IMG/VR virus record: IMGVR_UViG_3300025635_000093
Coordinates: 1 to 33,901 of that record
From: a virus
Lineage: Duplodnaviria; Caudoviricetes
Direction: 5' to 3' (one strand)
Length of the DNA: 33,901 nucleotides
Position 1 is the first letter of the stretch. Each line of letters begins with the position of its first letter. The position numbers were made by a program, and so were the translations under genes. The notes below the pieces were generated by a model. That model made no database searches, was not told the DNA's origin, and saw only the letters and a list, made by a program, of their open reading frames with translations. Of the stretch, positions 1-7,327 are shown in pieces.

Positions 1-127
1 AAACACCAGTAGAGGCGGTAGTAGAGGAAGCACCAGTAGTTATTGAATAATTATGAATCGTGGAGAACTTACAAATAACCTTATAGGAAACACTCTTGAA
101 AGACATGAAGAACTCATGAAGATAAAT
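1..127 (+). repeat. Terminal direct repeat, left copy (assembly overlap)
   Basis: Identical to 33775-33901; 127 is a common assembler k-mer. Confidence 0.95.
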
Positions 128-394
128 GGTGAACACATGTCGCATATTAGAGCAGACTTAACAGAAGTTAAGAATATTTTGGTTAAGAACGCAGAGGATA
201 CTAAAACATACAGAAAAACAGTCGATGAACACATGGCTAGGGTTGAACCTATTATAAGTGCCTATGAGAATGAAAAAGAAGCTAAGGAGTATTTAGACAG
301 CAAAGGTGAAAGTATAGTTAAATGGTCAGCTAGAATAGGTGCAATTGGTTTTATAGGTTCATTATTCTTATATTTATTAAAGAAATTCCTATGA
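53..394 (+). CDS. Coiled-coil protein with C-terminal TM helix, holin/lysis accessory candidate
   Basis: Helical charged N-terminus, hydrophobic IGAIGFIGSLFLYLL then KK; ATGA-coupled to next gene. Confidence 0.55.
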   Translation: MNRGELTNNLIGNTLERHEELMKINGEHMSHIRADLTEVKNILVKNAEDTKTYRKTVDEHMARVEPIISAYENEKEAKEYLDSKGESIVKWSARIGAIGFIGSLFLYLLKKFL

Positions 395-1218
395 ATCATA
401 CAAAAATTCCCCAAAATTTCATATATCCAGAAATAACACCTAAGCATTATCGCTTTGGTTCTAATCAAATAGAAGCAGATGATTTGCGTGAAGATGGTGA
501 TTGGAGAGGTTATCTACCAGAGCCAGAAGACCAGAATAAATGGGGGGTTGAGTCTTCGTCATGCTATGTGTTTAATCAGTTGTCAGCAATAGCAACACTT
601 ATTGAGGAGCAATATCAAATATTAAATAGTGACTTTTCAGCAAGGTTTAATGCTCTACTATCTAATGGTACACCATATGGTGGAGACCCATTAAAGGGAG
701 CAGAGTCCATTACAAATGATGGTGTTATAAAAGAAGAACTATTACCATTTCTTGAAAACATTAAAAAGTGGAGTGAGTATCATTCCTTTGTAGGAAGTGA
801 TGAGGAAGCGTGTAGAAAAGCTGGTCAAGAATTTCTTGAGGATTGGGAACTAAAATATGACATTGTTTTCGATAGGAATGACAGTATAGAAGATAAATAT
901 ATTAAGCTAAGAAAAGCGTTAAAAAAGAGTCCTGTTCCTATAGCCGTATATGCTTGGGTTGAGAATGGTGGAGTATATATAAAGCCAAAAGGAACAGAGG
1001 ATAATCATCTAACATTATGTGTATACCTTGATGAACAGAACCGTCCGTATTATTGGGATAGTTATTCACCATATTTAAAGGTGGGAGAGCCGTTTTATGA
1101 CTCTTCGTTTGCTATGAGATGGAGTGTTAAAAAAAAAGCTAAAGAGCCATCTTGGTGGGATATATTATTAGCTAATTTAAAGAAATACTATGAAAGACTT
1201 TTTAAAAAACTTATATAA
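391..1218 (+). CDS. Papain-like (C1-type) cysteine peptidase, putative lysis enzyme
   Basis: DWR..Q..SSC, NHLTLCV and WDSY motifs give the Q/C/H/D catalytic arrangement. Confidence 0.75.
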   Translation: MNHTKIPQNFIYPEITPKHYRFGSNQIEADDLREDGDWRGYLPEPEDQNKWGVESSSCYVFNQLSAIATLIEEQYQILNSDFSARFNALLSNGTPYGGDPLKGAESITNDGVIKEELLPFLENIKKWSEYHSFVGSDEEACRKAGQEFLEDWELKYDIVFDRNDSIEDKYIKLRKALKKSPVPIAVYAWVENGGVYIKPKGTEDNHLTLCVYLDEQNRPYYWDSYSPYLKVGEPFYDSSFAMRWSVKKKAKEPSWWDILLANLKKYYERLFKKLI

Positions 1219-1705
1219 ATATCTGTATAACACGGAGATACTACCCGTCCCCGCAATGCCTGTGGTTGCTCCAAAACTGCCTCCAGTTAAGAGTAATAGT
1301 GAGAAGTTCATGGATATATGTTTAGAGGCTTATGGGACAGACCCTACGCCAAAAGATGAAGTGCCAGACGAGGTCAGTTGTGTTTTTAGCATTACAACTC
1401 TTTTAAAGAAACTTTACCCAGATTTCCCAATACTTGATTATACGCCTACAATGTTAAGGCAATTACAATCTGATAAGAGATTTAAAGCCACAACAGAGTT
1501 CAAAGAAGGTAATATAATTATAAGTGTAACTAACACAGGAAACGGAAGATGGCAAGGTCACGTAGGTACTTGTGCAAAAGGTGGTAAAATTCTAAGCAAT
1601 TCATCTCTGACTGGAGAATGGTCAGATAAATTTGATAATTTGAGTTGGATTCAAAGATACAGTAGAGAGTCGCAACTTGCCACATACCTGTTTGAACTGG
1701 TATAA
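1190..1705 (+). CDS. CHAP/NlpC-P60-like peptidoglycan hydrolase (endolysin candidate)
   Basis: SCVFSI..GNIII..GHVG..ILSN catalytic Cys/His pattern. Confidence 0.7.
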   Translation: MKDFLKNLYKYLYNTEILPVPAMPVVAPKLPPVKSNSEKFMDICLEAYGTDPTPKDEVPDEVSCVFSITTLLKKLYPDFPILDYTPTMLRQLQSDKRFKATTEFKEGNIIISVTNTGNGRWQGHVGTCAKGGKILSNSSLTGEWSDKFDNLSWIQRYSRESQLATYLFELV

Positions 1706-1706
1706 T
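1698..1706 (+). promoter_or_regulatory. Extended -10 promoter, leaderless-type
   Basis: TGGTATAAT, 6 nt before ATG 1713. Confidence 0.55.
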
Positions 1707-1712
1707 AATGTC

Positions 1713-1922
1713 ATGAAAACAATTATACAAGAACATTTGGTTTCAGCATTACAAACGTTTTTAGCAACATTTTTAACTACAGTAGGTGCAACGATTTTGC
1801 TTGCAGACAGCATACAATGGACTGCTTCATTTTGGTGTTCAATCCTATTAGTAGGAGTTCGTGCTGGAGTAAAAGAATTGTTTGCACGTTTTGCCTCACC
1901 AAAGCTGGGGGGTAGAATTTAA
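1713..1922 (+). CDS. Holin-like protein, 2 TM helices (69 aa)
   Basis: ATG 1713 preferred to track start 1677; two hydrophobic segments and basic C-terminus; follows peptidases. Confidence 0.65.
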   Translation: MKTIIQEHLVSALQTFLATFLTTVGATILLADSIQWTASFWCSILLVGVRAGVKELFARFASPKLGGRI

Positions 1923-1929
1923 CAAAATA

Positions 1930-2076
1930 ATACACTTCACTTAGCTGTGGAATGCTCTTTCAAACTCGCGGTACAATTTAATAATTTGAATGATAATTAT
2001 GTTTTAAATTTCTGAAGTCAACTATCGCTGTTCGTGACTCGTCCACAGTAGTCACCCTCAGCTAAGTGAGGTGTAT
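1930..2076 (+). ncRNA. Candidate structured RNA with 18-bp stalk
   Basis: 1930-1947 pairs with 2059-2076 (one G-U on + strand); inner stems and a possible pseudoknot. Confidence 0.55.
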
Positions 2077-2083
2077 AAAATAT

Positions 2084-2248
2084 ATGATAAAAAATACAAT
2101 AATTATATTATCAATAATATTTATAGGGTTTCTGTTATTTACATTCTCAAGAACTGCTTCTTATGAAGCTCCAAATGATTCTGTAAGTGCGGTAGAAACA
2201 CCCTACCCTACATTTATTCCTTGTGAAAATGATGGCTGTAAGGGATAA
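2084..2248 (+). CDS. Small exported/membrane-anchored protein (54 aa)
   Basis: MIKNTIIILSIIFIGFLLFTF hydrophobic N-terminus, C-terminal CxxxxC. Confidence 0.55.
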   Translation: MIKNTIIILSIIFIGFLLFTFSRTASYEAPNDSVSAVETPYPTFIPCENDGCKG

Positions 2249-2285
2249 TTAAACGGGAGAAAGATGACTCCCTGATAATCTAATT

Positions 2286-2323
2286 GCAAAATAACCCCCT
2301 ACCGTAAGATAGGGGGCTTTTGC
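2286..2323. terminator. Bidirectional intrinsic terminator
   Basis: CCCCCTA..TAGGGGG stem with A/T tracts on both sides, at the convergence of the two transcription arms. Confidence 0.75.
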
Positions 2324-2325
2324 GT

Positions 2326-2463
2326 TTATGGTCTACAAACTTCAATGTGTCGATATACATGAAATTTGAGATGACACTCTACTGAACACCAGTAGTCACT
2401 GTCTTTGTAGACTGCTTGTGTTAGGAAGAACATACGACCGCATTTGCATTTCATTTGGTACAT
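2326..2463 (-). CDS. 45-aa Cys-rich Zn-finger microprotein (TRASH-like)
   Basis: Hand translation MYQMKCKCGRMFF..YWCSVECHLKF; overlaps end of upstream HNH gene. Confidence 0.55.
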   Translation of the reverse strand: MYQMKCKCGRMFFLTQAVYKDSDYWCSVECHLKFHVYRHIEVCRP

Positions 2464-2720
2464 ATTTTTCTCCTTACACAAATGAATTCGTAATCTCTAT
2501 CCAGCCATTTCTCGTTTAAGATGGCACAGATAGTCGGTGGTGTCAAGTTTGAAAATAGGGCGTGAAAATGCTGGTGGTCTGTCGCCTTCACAATTGAGAT
2601 GTTACTCTCATGATTTGTTCCCCCTAGACTGACACACTTTCTATGGTGTCTGGATTCTCCTTTCTGTATTTTTATTCTTCTAAGACTTTTTGAACCATGC
2701 CTTCTTTGCGAGCGGGACAT
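2451..2720 (-). CDS. Small HNH nuclease
   Basis: HHRK..GGTN..SN..DHQHFH; upstream TGGTATAAT near 2758-2766. Confidence 0.75.
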   Translation of the reverse strand: MSRSQRRHGSKSLRRIKIQKGESRHHRKCVSLGGTNHESNISIVKATDHQHFHALFSNLTPPTICAILNEKWLDRDYEFICVRRKICTK

Positions 2721-2758
2721 AAAAGACCTTTGGTTTAAGTTGTACTAATCTAAATATA

Positions 2759-3388
2759 TTATACCATGCTTCGTATCTTTTTAAGTGTTAGATACGCAGA
2801 CATATTAAAATGTTCACACCACTGGCTTAGTGTCTTTTGTTTATTATGATAAGTTAAAATTAAATTGTCCTTTCTATTATTTGCTTGTTCCTTGTAGGTA
2901 GACCATTTGCAATTGCTTGGTGAATAATTACCAAGACTGTTTATTCTATCAATGGTGGTCTGTTTTATTCCATGTTTTATTGTATGCTTTACATAACTTT
3001 CATACATTAAATCATAAAAAGACTGAAAGTCTTTAAATTCATTTTTTATACCAAGTTTACCGTAAAACCTATACGAAATATGTTTCTTGTTATGACACCT
3101 TTCGTTTAAATTAAAGTATGTTTGGTAAAACCTAGTTCCAAACATTCCATGTTTGTAGTTCCAGTATCTATCAGCTCCTTTGATATGTCCTACCTTCTTT
3201 ATCTGTTCAATAGTATAGCAACCACAACTATTTACGTTTTTATTACTAATATTTTGGTTTAACCTTGTTAGTATCTTTCCACAATCACATTTACAAATGT
3301 ATGCTTTTCTCCATTGTCCACCAACAAAAATTGAATCCGTCTTTTTTATTACAACTAGCCTACCGTATCTTTTGTTTATTTTATCCAT
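2759..3388 (-). CDS. HNH homing endonuclease with N-terminal Cys-rich domain
   Basis: RYGRLVV, CKCDCG, SCGC, IDRIN..GNYSPSNCKW..EQANN; ATG 3388 (MDKINK) preferred. Confidence 0.85.
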   Translation of the reverse strand: MDKINKRYGRLVVIKKTDSIFVGGQWRKAYICKCDCGKILTRLNQNISNKNVNSCGCYTIEQIKKVGHIKGADRYWNYKHGMFGTRFYQTYFNLNERCHNKKHISYRFYGKLGIKNEFKDFQSFYDLMYESYVKHTIKHGIKQTTIDRINSLGNYSPSNCKWSTYKEQANNRKDNLILTYHNKQKTLSQWCEHFNMSAYLTLKKIRSMV

Positions 3389-3484
3389 TGTGAGTATATA
3401 ATAGCACACATCATGGCATTATTATAGCACTATTTATTTACTTTAATGTATGCTACTATATCTACGGATACAGAATTATCCACG

Positions 3485-3796
3485 TTAGTCTTCTCCGCAA
3501 GGAGGTGAACACCTTTCTACAGAATAGGAAGGTGTTTTTTTATTTTCAAGTAAATAACTAATTTCATTTATCAATGGGTGGTTAAATAACTTATTACCTC
3601 TTTTACTATTACAGTCACCACATATCATTCTTATATTAGGAATATAATGTCCAAATATCTTTTTATTCTTTTTAGTCAATATATGACTATACTTTATTTT
3701 AGCTTTATCTAGTTTACGAATATAAGATACAGGCACTATATGGTCTTTAGTTAATTTATCTACCTCTCTTTTGCATAAATTACATACTAATTTCAT
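3485..3796 (-). CDS. HNH endonuclease (CxxC..DHIVP..CxxCN)
   Basis: CNLC, TKDHIVP, NIRMICGDCNSKRG. Confidence 0.85.
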   Translation of the reverse strand: MKLVCNLCKREVDKLTKDHIVPVSYIRKLDKAKIKYSHILTKKNKKIFGHYIPNIRMICGDCNSKRGNKLFNHPLINEISYLLENKKTPSYSVERCSPPCGED

Positions 3797-3802
3797 ATAA
3801 AT

Positions 3803-3852
3803 ATATTAGCATAAGTTATCCACTTCCCTATGTGCATAACTAGGTATACAAT
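3803..3852. promoter_or_regulatory. Divergent promoters with an inverted pair of DnaA-box-like sites
   Basis: TTATCCACT 3816-3824 and TGTGCATAA 3831-3839; TGcTAATAT on - strand (3803-3811), TACAAT on + strand (3847-3852). Confidence 0.55.
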
Positions 3853-3879
3853 TAAATACTGAAAGGGTTCTTTAAAACT

Positions 3880-4074
3880 ATGAGCAAAAATATGAAGATA
3901 GCATGTGACTGCTGTAACGCTATGGTGTTTCAGCACCAACTAACAATATTCAATGGTGAGGGTTACTGCCCTATTTGTACCGACCTCAATGCCGTTATGC
4001 CACAGGCAAGCGAGACAGCACAAACTATCGGGCAAGATACACTACTGCCATTTGAACATCAACACGCAGAATAA
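3880..4074 (+). CDS. Zn-finger microprotein
   Basis: CDCC..YCPIC. Confidence 0.65.
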   Translation: MSKNMKIACDCCNAMVFQHQLTIFNGEGYCPICTDLNAVMPQASETAQTIGQDTLLPFEHQHAE

Positions 4075-4248
4075 ATGCACCTCACTAATCACAAGTGCTT
4101 GAACTGCGGTAAGGTATTCACCTCCGCCGACTTCAAGTATCCTAAGACTGCCGTTAGACATCATCAGAAAGACTACTGTTCACATACTTGTAAGTCAATC
4201 TATGAAATCAAATCTGTTAATTTGGCAATGGAAGCGTGCAAGGTTTAG
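4075..4248 (+). CDS. 57-aa TRASH-like Zn-finger microprotein
   Basis: Hand translation MHLTNHKCLNCGKVF..DYCSHTCK; starts directly after upstream stop. Confidence 0.65.
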   Translation: MHLTNHKCLNCGKVFTSADFKYPKTAVRHHQKDYCSHTCKSIYEIKSVNLAMEACKV

Positions 4249-4316
4249 TCTCATTTTCATGGTGAGCCTCTATCTACTTCTCATATTCATGGCACTTACC
4301 GACCATTATCTTCGGT

Positions 4317-4352
4317 AAAAAACAAAACCCCTATTTACTAGGGGTTATTTTT
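4317..4352. terminator. Bidirectional intrinsic terminator
   Basis: AACCCCTA-TTTAC-TAGGGGTT with T tracts on both strands between convergent genes. Confidence 0.65.
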
Positions 4353-4693
4353 CTGACTACTAATTTATGTGTCATCCTATTGTCTCTCCACCTTGAAGGG
4401 TATGTTGGGTCATAGGCAAGTTTCCCATTCTTATATACAACCATGTGACTATATCTTTTCCATACAAGTGAATCGCCAACTATAATATGTGTTCCTCTCT
4501 TTGGTGGAGTTTTACATAACTCCCACCATACAATATATCCTTTTCTTTTCCAGTAGGAACGAAATCTCTTACTCCAAGACTTTCCGAACTTCACAAACAA
4601 AGGAACATGCTCTGGATGGATATTTAGGTAATAGCCTACACAGTCAGTCATACAACCTTCGTATCTTCGTATGTAACTATCTGTTTTTTTCAT
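4331..4693 (-). CDS. Small papain-fold (C39-like) peptidase candidate
   Basis: GCMTDCV..SHMVVYKNG..YDP gives a Cys/His/Asp order. Confidence 0.55.
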   Translation of the reverse strand: MKKTDSYIRRYEGCMTDCVGYYLNIHPEHVPLFVKFGKSWSKRFRSYWKRKGYIVWWELCKTPPKRGTHIIVGDSLVWKRYSHMVVYKNGKLAYDPTYPSRWRDNRMTHKLVVRKITPSK

Positions 4694-4712
4694 ATTATTT
4701 ATTCTTTTGAAA

Positions 4713-4814
4713 GACAGGGAACTATATTGCAGGATTTTGACACCATAATTCTGTACAGAATTATTGTTGCCCTATTGATTATTCAAGCAAAATCCAACAA
4801 TACAGCTCTCTGGC
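4713..4814 (-). ncRNA. Candidate structured RNA, unit 2 of tandem pair
   Basis: About 27-position imperfect stalk with G-U pairs on - strand, capped by two hairpins joined by TAGGGCAA. Confidence 0.6.
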
Positions 4815-4816
4815 TT

Positions 4817-4926
4817 ACAAATTACTCTCACTATTCTGGGGAGTATGCACTGTAGTTGAAGCTACAAAGTATACTTGCCCATCACGCTGTTTTAATACGT
4901 GCCCCAGAAGAGCAAGAGCAATCTGC
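4817..4926 (-). ncRNA. Candidate structured RNA, unit 1 of tandem pair
   Basis: 25-position stalk (1 mismatch, several G-U), two hairpins joined by ATGGGCAA; -10-like TATTATAAT at 4931-4939. Confidence 0.65.
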
Positions 4927-4956
4927 TTTTATTATAATATATCTTTTTGTTGTTTG

Positions 4957-5124
4957 CTATTTTAGTTGTTTAATCTTATCAATCCACCAATCAGCCATAT
5001 TACCGACTCCAATATATTTCTCATCTCCACTATCATTTGACCACATAATACTATCTGCAAAATCTTGAAATTCTTTTCGCAAATTTTCTTCCCAGTGTGT
5101 TGTTGAATCTTTACTGTGTGTCAT
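4957..5124 (-). CDS. Hypothetical protein (55 aa)
   Basis: Hand translation MTHSKDSTTHWEENLRKEF..ADWWIDKIKQLK; ATGA-coupled. Confidence 0.6.
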   Translation of the reverse strand: MTHSKDSTTHWEENLRKEFQDFADSIMWSNDSGDEKYIGVGNMADWWIDKIKQLK

Positions 5125-5454
5125 TTTAGTTTCCATCCTTCATATTCTCCTAAGTTTGTAAATTCTAGCGGTCTATCTAATGGAACAATATACGCAGGTT
5201 TCACTCCCGCACAATAATCAAGAGCCTCTTTGTAAGGCAATGTATCATTACTGTCTTGAACATCAATAAGCCAGTCACATCCAGAACAACTACCATAACT
5301 ACCTATAAAATAATATAACTTATTTTTGTCTTTTAGAATAGCCAAGTATTCTCCTTGATAGCCTCCATCCTCTTCAAAGCTAACAAGCTCTAAGTCATTA
5401 ATTTTGGGCAATTACTTCTCCATAATTCTCTGCTTTTATTGATGTTTTTTCCAT
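5121..5454 (-). pseudogene. Hypothetical phage gene split by a one-base frameshift
   Basis: ATG 5454 frame stops at 5398 after 18 aa; removing one C from ATT GCC C AAA joins it to the 96-aa track ORF. Confidence 0.55.
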
Positions 5455-5472
5455 TTCTTTTGCTTTATAGGG

Positions 5473-5865
5473 TTAGTCAACTAATTCTTCTAATAATTTA
5501 TTCCAATTACGCTTATCTTTACCGAGGATATAATTTCTACAATATAGATTTTTTATATTCTCAAGTAGTGCCCTGAAATTAAGGTCTTGTGAAGAAGCTC
5601 CCTCAATTAGTCTAGAGTGACCAACCACACCAAGACTGGGACGAATTAAATCATCTAGCAAGTCTCTTTCAAGCGACGTTATTTGACCATCTCTGAATGA
5701 TAGACGTTTTAATATCTCATCAGCTATCTCCATATCTAAGCCAAATAGTTTTTCAAGAGTTTCCTGTTTATTAGTAAACTGAGCAGAGCCTATCATCTGA
5801 TTGTATTGTCGCAATTTAGCAACCAATTCACCGTCTTTCATACTGTTAGCTTCTTTCTTTGTCAT
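5473..5865 (-). CDS. Hypothetical protein
   Basis: 130-aa ORF, ATGA-coupled in operon. Confidence 0.7.
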   Translation of the reverse strand: MTKKEANSMKDGELVAKLRQYNQMIGSAQFTNKQETLEKLFGLDMEIADEILKRLSFRDGQITSLERDLLDDLIRPSLGVVGHSRLIEGASSQDLNFRALLENIKNLYCRNYILGKDKRNWNKLLEELVD

Positions 5866-6287
5866 TTTAATTTATTTAATCCTGCTTTTGTTAATTTAAA
5901 TTCGCCTTTTTCATCGTAGTAACCATGTAAAGCATTTACTGTATAATTCTCATCTCTTGGTGACTCTTTCCTTTCTTTAGCTTTCTTTACTCTATACCGT
6001 GCCTTTATGGTTTCCTTATACTTTTCTCTATACTTATCTACTGCCTCTCTGTTCTTTCTTCTGTACTCCAGTAACTCTTCTTTAGTTTTGCCTCGCCTCT
6101 TTCTGTAATATTCTCTTTCATACTTCCTTACCTTTTCTAAATTCCTTTCTCTGTATAAGCGAGAGTAAAGCATATGCTTAAATCGCTTTTCTTCTGCTGT
6201 CTGCTTTACTCTTTTCTTTCTTACTTTGTGTAACTGTACTTCTGGGTTTTCTTGAAGATATTTTTGTAGTCTTTCTTCTTTGGTCAT
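5862..6287 (-). CDS. Highly basic Lys/Arg/Tyr-rich helical protein, probable nucleic-acid binder
   Basis: Repeated YRERN/YRKRR/YRRKN/YREKY units. Confidence 0.6.
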   Translation of the reverse strand: MTKEERLQKYLQENPEVQLHKVRKKRVKQTAEEKRFKHMLYSRLYRERNLEKVRKYEREYYRKRRGKTKEELLEYRRKNREAVDKYREKYKETIKARYRVKKAKERKESPRDENYTVNALHGYYDEKGEFKLTKAGLNKLK

Positions 6288-6291
6288 TAAA

Positions 6292-6720
6292 TTAGTATAT
6301 CTTTTGTAAAATACTTTCTACTAATTTCTCGCACAGGTATGTGTATGCTTCTTCGCTTTCTTTGGTTAGTGTTATACCTGCATTTGTAAGTACATAGTGA
6401 GTAAGGTGTAGACATTCGTGAGTAACCAGTCCAACGGTATCAACCAAATCACCACAGTGTGATATGAGCATAATATAACCTTTAGGTAGTTTCGTGTACA
6501 ACCTACCCCCTCCATCCATCTCATAATCATCTTTGTAAAGCTCTGCATTTTCTGAAACGTGCTTTTGAACCAATAGTGAGTTAGCCGTCTTATGCTTTTT
6601 TATTTCATTTAAAGCGTCAGAAAACTGTCCATTTACTACGACAATACAATCTTGGCTATATGGTTCTACGCTTAGAATAAATACAATTTTCTTTCCTATT
6701 TTTCTATTTTCTTTTTTCAT
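6292..6720 (-). CDS. Zincin-like HExxH protein
   Basis: VTHECLH..EEAYTYL. Confidence 0.65.
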   Translation of the reverse strand: MKKENRKIGKKIVFILSVEPYSQDCIVVVNGQFSDALNEIKKHKTANSLLVQKHVSENAELYKDDYEMDGGGRLYTKLPKGYIMLISHCGDLVDTVGLVTHECLHLTHYVLTNAGITLTKESEEAYTYLCEKLVESILQKIY

Positions 6721-6732
6721 ATTTTCATATTT

Positions 6733-6828
6733 TTAATCCTCTGGTACTTCTCCTAACTTAGCATTTTTTAGGACTATATATGTTATTACTAGAAATACTA
6801 TTAGTGCAATTATTAGTATATTTTCCAT
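6733..6828 (-). CDS. 31-aa single-TM microprotein
   Basis: MENILIIALIVFLVITYIVLKNAKLGEVPED; tightly packed in operon. Confidence 0.55.
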   Translation of the reverse strand: MENILIIALIVFLVITYIVLKNAKLGEVPED

Positions 6829-6829
6829 C

Positions 6830-6919
6830 TTATTTAATTAATTTTATAACCTCAACTGTTAATGCTATGTAAACTATACTCACTGTAACTGTTAGAAGAA
6901 GTTTTTGAGGGGTGGACAT
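6830..6919 (-). CDS. 29-aa single-TM microprotein
   Basis: MSTPQKLLLTVTVSIVYIALTVEVIKLIK; 1-nt gaps to both neighbours. Confidence 0.5.
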   Translation of the reverse strand: MSTPQKLLLTVTVSIVYIALTVEVIKLIK

Positions 6920-6920
6920 A

Positions 6921-7091
6921 TTATTTCATAATTAAATCCTCTGTCTCGTTATAAAATTCCCTTCTAGCTAGTACAAAATCATTCCTTGCTTTCTTTAATT
7001 CCTTTGAGGCTTCATCATACTTGTTACTAGCATTCACAAATTCCTGTCTTGTTTTTTTTAACTGTTCTAATGTATCTATTTGTTTATACAT
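6921..7091 (-). CDS. 56-aa coiled-coil microprotein
   Basis: MYKQIDTLEQLKKTRQEF..ARREFYNETEDLIMK. Confidence 0.6.
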   Translation of the reverse strand: MYKQIDTLEQLKKTRQEFVNASNKYDEASKELKKARNDFVLARREFYNETEDLIMK

Positions 7092-7099
7092 TGTTTTAT

Positions 7100-7216
7100 T
7101 TAATTATCCTCACTTGCTATTTTACTTTCCTCTTTTATATACTCTTGCTTTTCTCTCCCTTCGCTTTCTATTTCTGCTTTGTATGGTTCATTGTAATAAT
7201 CTTCTCGTGTGTACAT
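7100..7216 (-). CDS. 38-aa acidic microprotein
   Basis: MYTREDYYNEPYKAEIESEG..SEDN. Confidence 0.5.
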   Translation of the reverse strand: MYTREDYYNEPYKAEIESEGREKQEYIKEESKIASEDN

Positions 7217-7217
7217 G

Positions 7218-7310
7218 TTATTTGAATATTAATCTAATAAACTTTATTATCTTATTCTTCACCCTTCTCACGCGTAACTCACGATATATATTTGAATGTT
7301 TTATTTGCAT
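7218..7310 (-). CDS. 30-aa basic microprotein
   Basis: MQIKHSNIYRELRVRRVKNKIIKFIRLIFK; A-rich leader. Confidence 0.45.
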   Translation of the reverse strand: MQIKHSNIYRELRVRRVKNKIIKFIRLIFK

Positions 7311-7327
7311 AATTTTATTTTTCCTCA

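Noticed and set aside
1-127. Biological direct terminal repeat
   Set aside because: Exactly 127 bp and cuts through genes, as expected for assembler k-mer overlap; real termini need read mapping
1698-3429. 19-nt inverted repeat (17/19) at 1698-1716 and 3411-3429 as invertible-segment or transposon ends
   Set aside because: Both copies are mostly TGnTATAAT-6nt-ATG promoter consensus and no recombinase is present
3448-3457. GTATGCTACT as a fourth operator
   Set aside because: One base short of the GTAnGCnTAC spacing and not 4-5 nt from the -10
4297-4319. TTACCGA/TCGGTAA hairpin as terminator
   Set aside because: No U tract follows on either strand; the adjacent 4326-4346 hairpin fits better
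4838-4905. tRNA/tmRNA-like look (GGGGC start, TTCAA loop, CCCCA end) on - strand
   Set aside because: No proper D/anticodon arms and the TTCAA hairpin is not adjacent to an acceptor stem; kept only as part of the unknown RNA
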